From Fonticula alba ATCC 38817 (Eukaryota > Protista > Nucleariida): a DNA stretch of 64,000 bases. The translations under genes were made by a program, and so were the position numbers. Every line of letters starts with the position of its first letter. The stretch's first letter is position 1. Location: assembly GCA_000388065.2 (NCBI GenBank), contig KB932208.1, one strand, 5' to 3'. This document shows, one piece after another, positions 58,037 to 64,000 of this stretch. Below the pieces are notes generated by a model, which was not told the DNA's origin, searched no databases, and saw only the letters and a program-made list of their open reading frames with translations.

Positions 58037-61000
58037 GTCAGAAGGACGAGCCGATGTGAGGGAGGGAGGTGTGCCAAGAGAACGGGGCAAGAAGGAGAAA
58101 TGGGACGGGTGCACGACGATCCGGAAGGAGGGGAGAGGAAAGGGGGAGGGCAGGTCTCAGGACAATTGCCAAGGACCCGGGGGGGGGAAGGGGAGGAGGA
58201 GGAGCAAGGGAGACGGGGAGAAGGAGAGAGGGGGCCGGGGAGGGGGGGGGGAGGGGCCTGGGTGAAAGGGTCACTAGCTGCAGAGAGGGCCCGGAGGGGT
58301 TGCTTTCGGGTAGGAAGAGTCTAGCGTTCAGGAAGAGGCCGCCGGGGAGTACCGCGGATTGGGAGCGCCCGTGGGCGAGCTCCCCGGGGTGAGGATGGGA
58401 GAGGGGGGGGTGCAGCTGCGAACGGGGGCGGGGGCGGGGGCTCGAGGGCGTCTCCAGTCAAGGTTCGGAGCCTCGGGCCCTCTCCAGGGAACAAGCCCCC
58501 CCCCCCCCGGGGGGAGGGGGTGGACGAGGCCGCGATCCTTGCTCGAACTGTTGTGGGAGGGGGAAAACGGTCGCCGGGACCTCGTTCGGGCGACGTGCGG
58601 CCGTGTGTTGTTCGCGCGTGGGTGCATATGCTTGGCCCCTGCCGGAACGCGGGGCCCGGGCGATCCCCTGTCGGTGAGCAGACAAACTCGTGGACCCTCG
58701 GGGGGGGGGGGGAGGATGGGGGATGGGGAGGGGGCCCTTGTGCTGGCAAAAACAACAACAACAACAACAACAACCGTCCTCAGAAGAGACCTCCGGCCGG
58801 GCGGAGGAGGCCCGGCCGAAGGATATTTCAACAACCGACAGCCGGAGCGCCAAGCGCCCAGGTATCCCCTCCCCCGCGCACGAATGACCGCACACTTGGT
58901 GCGCGAAGAAAAGATCCGAACTAGCCCCCTGCCCTGGACCTGCCATGGTCTGGATGAAAGAGCACCGCCCCGCAGCTCGGGTGGCCTCAGTACCGAGAGA
59001 TAATCGCCCACGGTGATTGCATGATCGGCAAGAGAGACACCGAGCCGCCATGCGTGCGAAGACCATGGACGAATGCTCTCAGCTGAAGGCTCGCTGGACC
59101 CGCCCCCCGCCCGTGCCCTCGCCCGTGCCCCCCCCCCCACCTGGTCCCAAGAGTCGGGATGCGCGCACACCGACGTCCGCGAGTTCTCCCGCGTGCACAC
59201 GCGTACCTAGCGCGGGTTGGCGGTGCCCGGCGAGCCGCGGGGGACCGCCGGGGAACGCGCGGTCCCGGGCCGGGGGCCAGTACCCCGCGGTCCGCTGGTT
59301 GTTTGGAACCATGCACAAGGGACCCGGGCCGGGATGACCCACGAAGCCGATTATACTCACGCCCCTTCCCATGCTTCGATTTTACGCGCGGAAGCCTCAA
59401 AAAGCTCCCCCAGCGTGGGAACCAGATATCATATCGTGCCGTGGTTCACGTGGGTGCTCGTGACCAGCTTGGCCATGGAGGGGTTGCGGAATCGAGTCAC
59501 CCTGCAGTCACCGAGCTCCGTGGGTGGGCCCGAGCCGAGGGGCGGTCGACTCCGGGAGGGGGGGCGCCGCGCCGGGGCAAGGCCGGCAGGCGTGGAGCAT
59601 GTGTGCTCGGGTGGCCTCGGTTGGGGTGGAGCCGCCGGAGCCCGCTGGCGGACCGCCGGGGGGGGAGGAGGGGGTGACTGCCAGGGGCGGGGGGCACCCG
59701 CGGGTGCCAAGCCGCCATCAGCAGGGGCGGCGAGGGGGGGGGGGCGGGGCGCACTCATCTCACAGACATCAGACCAAGCAGCTGGGCTTCGCGGGACCCG
59801 GGCCTCGGGGACCCGACGTCGAGGGGGGCGGGGGCGGAGGCGGGGGCGGGGGAGGCAGGCCGAACCCCCCGCGGGATGGAAGCCGAGCAGACGACCGCAG
59901 CCGTTCAGGGCGATCAGGCCAGATCCACGGCCTGAGAGACGGCNNNNNNNNNNNNNNNNNNNNNNNNNNNNNNNNNNNNNNNNNNNNNNNNNNNNNNNNN
60001 NNNNNNNNNNNNNNNNNNNNNNNNNNNNNNNNNNNNNNNNNNNNNNNNNNNNNNNNNNNNNNNNNNNNNNNNNNNNNNNNNNNNNNNNNNNNNNNNNNNN
60101 NNNNNNNNNNNNNNNNNNNNNNNNNNNNNNNNNNNNNNNNNNNNNNNNNNNNNNNNNNNNNNNNNNNNNNNNNNNNNNNNNNNNNNNNNNNNNNNNNNNN
60201 NNNNNNNNNNNNNNNNNNNNNNNNNNNNNNNNNNNNNNCCCCCCCCGGCCCCGCCTTCCCGTCCCTCGGAGGCAGGGCAAGGGGGAGAAACCCCGTGGGA
60301 GCGTCGTGTGGCGAGCGCCGGAGCCCCCCTGGGGCTGGCCGGGTCCAAGGGCGGAGACCGATGCCGGATGCGGGTGTGCGGCGTATTTGCTGGATTTTAT
60401 ATTCTCCCCTTATGTCCCGGAACGAGAGCCGGCCATTCTCGGCCCCGTCCTCGGCAGCAGCCCTCGCTCGTGCGGGCGAGCTGGCTTCACCTGGACCGCG
60501 TGAGCCTCGCGCCGGCCTTGATCCTGGGCCTTGGCTCCCGGCGCCCCTCGCCCACCGGGCCAAAGCGCGCGGCGGCGCCCAAACGTCCAGCGTGCGCCCC
60601 CCCCCCACCCGGACCTTGTCTCGCGTCCGGCGGGAGCCACCGGCAGGGGCCCCCGGCCCTCCGTGGCCCCATTCCGCCTGGCCCCCGGCCGGGAGCGCCG
60701 CCGGCCCAACACGCTCATGCATGTGCCTGTGTGCCTGTGCCTTGCGTGTCTGTCGGTCTGTCGGTCTGTCTGTCTGTGTGTGGCTGTGTGTGTGATTATG
60801 TGATTGTGCCGTGAGTGGGCTCGCCCGGGGGACCGGTTTAGGGGGTGACAGGGCGCCGTGGTTGGTTGGCCCCACCCCCGGGTGCATTGGGGGTGTCTGC
60901 CTGAGGCCGCTGTCCGCCGGCAGAATGGTCTTGATCCAGCCCTGTCCGGGGGATCTCCGCGGCCGTGTATTTCCCTCGTCCCCAGTGTCCCCCCTGCCTG

Positions 61001-61173
61001 CGAGACTCTCTGTCCCTCTCATGCCCGGCTTTTCCCAGGGCTTCGGGCGTGCCGGTCTCTTCCGGAGCTTTGGTGGCTTGGGAGACACGGGCCCAGGGGA
61101 AGAGCAAGAAAAGGGCCTCGCGCCTCCCTGCCAGGCTGGGACTGGTCCCGTCGTGTGGAGGCCCTTCGCGTGC

Positions 61174-61205
<32 letters not shown>

Positions 61206-61671
61206 CTCTCTTGCTACCCCCCGAGGCGGGGTCTTCCGGGCGATCCGTTGTCCGTTCGCCGGCTGTCGACTGGCAAGAGGGAGCTCCTACCATACCTCCA
61301 TGCTCGTGCTCGCGGGGAGACCAGCGACCCACCCCCCCCCCCCCCCCCCCCCCCCCCCCCGCTCCCCCGCCTGGCTCAGGGGCTGTTCAAGTGGGGCGCG
61401 GCCGCGACCAGCTCCGGCTTGCGGCCTTTGCCAATCTGCCCTTCCTCCCCCCCCCCTTCGGTCCCCTCCCTGCCCTCCTCCTCCCTACTTCTCTCATTGG
61501 CTCCTCCCTCCCCCTCCCCCTGCCTCGCCCTTGTTCCTCGCGCTAGTCTAGATCGCTCGCCTGCACGCCGACACACTCCCACTGCCGGCGCCGCGTCGCC
61601 CCTTCTCCTCCTGTCCCCTCCACACACCCCTCCCCCTCGCTGCCCAGCCCCTGCCGAGCGACCTCCACCCG

Positions 61672-63787
61672 ATGAACAGCGGACCGCCCTCTCCATGCCG
61701 CGGCTCAGATGATCTCCCCCTCTCATGCTCCGAGCAGGACCCCCAGTGCGCGCCCTCGCTAGGCAAGGCCCCGCCAGCCGGGAGCCTGGGCGAGGCCGCT
61801 CCTGCGCCGGCTGTCCCGGATAAGGAGAGGTACCCAGGCCCCTTGCCTCCCTCCTACCCACCTGCACCTGCCGATCTCCCTCCTGCTCTTCGCTCTTTGC
61901 TTTGGTCCCGCCACTGACAGCCCAAATGGCTCCAGCCATGATTCCCTCCTGACCGTGGTGGAGGAGCCCTCCGAGTCTGAGGAGTCTGCCGAGCTGGCGA
62001 TCTCCGGAGGCAGCATGGCCGATGCGCTGACCCCCGCCACCAGCCAGGACACCGAGATTGCGGACGCTTTCTGCGGTGATGCCTTCGGGGGCTTTGCTTC
62101 GGGTCCTCCTTCCCCCGTTGGGGCCTCCCCGGCCGACAGTGTGGCCTCCATCCGGGAGCCTGGCCATGGCGAGCTCACATCATCCCTGGATGGGGCTCCC
62201 CAGGTGACTGGGGCCATCCAAGTTGGTGCCGGCCTCGATGCCCTTGACTCCGGCGAGGCGGCTCCGGCGCCCGGTGTCGCTGGCGCCCCGGAGGCGACTG
62301 GTGCTGCCGATCGCTCGGGAGATGTGATGGCCGGTGACAAGGTGGACTTTGGGGACTTCGATTTGGAGTCTGCCTCTTTGAACCCCATGTCTGTGGATAT
62401 CCAAGTGGCTGATGCCGATGCCGATGCCGATGCTGCTGCTGCCGATGCTGCTGCTGCCGATGCTGCTGCTGCCGATGAGGGTGATGATGCTCCCGCCAGC
62501 GACATCGACATCACCGGCGCCGGGGTCGATGGGGCTCATGCCATAGTCGGCTCTGGGGCTGGCGACACCGCCGAAGTCTTGGCTCTTCAAGCCGAAGACA
62601 CCATCGATCCGGGGGATATCGCCATCCCGGTGGATCCGATGTGTGTTGGTGTGTCTGATGTCACCCCCGTCAAGGTCCCTGAGGCCGTCTCCCCCCCTGT
62701 CCCTATGCATGCTGCTGCCGACGTTGTCGACTCGACTGGTGATGGGTGCGACGGTGGGAGCGGCCTTTCATTGGATGCCGGCGATGCCCCCGTCACGGAT
62801 GTCTTCACCGACCTCACTACCCCCGCCCAGGTTGCCGAGCTGGACGATGACAAGGATGACTTTGGGGACTTCGGATCTGAAGGGGGCGAGTCTTACTCAC
62901 CCGGCGAGGAGGAGGCCCCTCACTCATCCCCTGATGTTGACGACGACGATGAGGACGACGACAACGACGACGACGACGACGGCACCCCCGATGCCGAGGT
63001 GACAGACATCTCCGGTGAGAACACCTTTGGTGATTTTGGCGCCGACTGCATGCCTGTGGCAATCTCGCCAGACACCAACATCACCGATGCCCTTGAGAAG
63101 GATGACTTCGGGAGCCCCCACACCGATCCCATTTCCGTGGCTGGCACGGTGTCGGATGTTGAGATCGCCGACAATGATGTCCCGAAGGGGGATGACTTCT
63201 TTGGCGGTTTTGGTGACCAGCCGCCAGCCAGTGTGGCCGCCTCTCCGGATGCCGATATAACCGACGCCTTCGGCAACGATGACGCCTTCGGCAACGATGA
63301 TGCTTTCGGAAGCTTTGGCTCCAATGATGCATCGAGCGTCGCCGCCGCCGCCGTCACCACCGTCGCCTCGGGCGATTCCTTTTTTGCCACGTCTGCCTCT
63401 GCACCATCGTCAGCTGCTCCTGCCGCGGACTTTGGCGACTTTGGTGACTTCGGGGATTTTGCCCCCTCGGTGGGCTCTTCGTCGACGTCCTCCTCCTCCA
63501 CTGTCATCCCCACGGCCCCGTCCTTCGCCTCGGCTGCCGACAGCAACTTCGGCGACTTCTTCGACACCGCGGCCCCGGGAAGTGCCATGCCCTCTCACGA
63601 TGGCTCTTTTGATGATCACTTCTCCGACTTCGGTGACACCTCCGGCGCCTTTGGCAGCTTCGACGATGCCGGTGCTGGCGACGCCTTTGGTGATTGGGGC
63701 TCCATGTCAGTTGCCCCGGCTGGCACTCCCTCGGCTGGCACTGCTGCTGCTGCCGCCCCGGCAGCCGTTCACCTGCCCCCCTCATCG
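61672..63787 (+). CDS. Acidic, disordered FGDF-repeat protein (aftiphilin/synergin-like AP-1 accessory); 3' end lies beyond the window
   Basis: Exon 61672-61829 splices (GTACCC..CTGACAG) in frame to the exon starting at 61921. About a dozen DFGDF/AFGSF/DFFGGF-type motifs in D/A/S-rich context. Probable donor GTATGT near 63788. Confidence 0.6.
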
Positions 63788-64000
63788 GTATGTTGCTGCT
63801 TGCATTTGTGTGTGGCTCATTCTCCATGCGCCATTTGTGCCCGTTTCCCCGTGTGCCCCACCTGGCATGTTGCTGATCCATCCTCTTGTGTGTCCCTTGG
63901 GATGTAGCCGCCCGCCCCGGCGATTTCCCTCCAGCAGCTGGCCGACGTGGACTTCGTGACTTCCTATCTTTCGTCTCCCTCCCCCTCGAGGCCAAGCTCG

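Noticed and set aside
59010-59090. Possible C/D box snoRNA (TGATTG/ATGATC ... CTGA)
   Set aside because: Box C is degenerate, there is no terminal stem and no evident rRNA antisense guide.

Overview
GC-rich, intron-rich eukaryotic scaffold with 8 N-gaps and many poly-G/poly-C and (CA)n/(GA)n tracts. The gene set looks opisthokont with a fungal flavour (fungal-type CCA1, Yap-like bZIP, ISD11); my guess, not verified, is Fonticula alba or a similar holomycotan protist. About 16 protein-coding genes are supported: a phosducin-like protein (partial), BRAP/ETP1 E3 ligase, a MiT/TFE-USF-Rtg3-type bHLH factor, prohibitin 1, SAR1, CWC22, ISD11/LYRM4, CDK7, CCA-adding enzyme, phytochelatin synthase (PCS), a Yap1/Pap1-like bZIP, an orphan membrane protein, an intronless Golgi sulfotransferase, URB1/NPA1, a CCX/NCLX-type cation exchanger and an FGDF-repeat aftiphilin-like protein (partial). 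I found no convincing rRNA, tRNA, transposon or CRISPR. The strongest lead is a possible thiol/heavy-metal stress module: a Yap1-like bZIP with putative Cys redox motifs and a split leucine zipper sits about 2 kb upstream of a PCS with an unusual N-terminal extension that resembles a mitochondrial presequence. Most six-frame ORFs are GC-driven shadows. Exon boundaries were inferred by eye from GT-AG signals and frame continuity.
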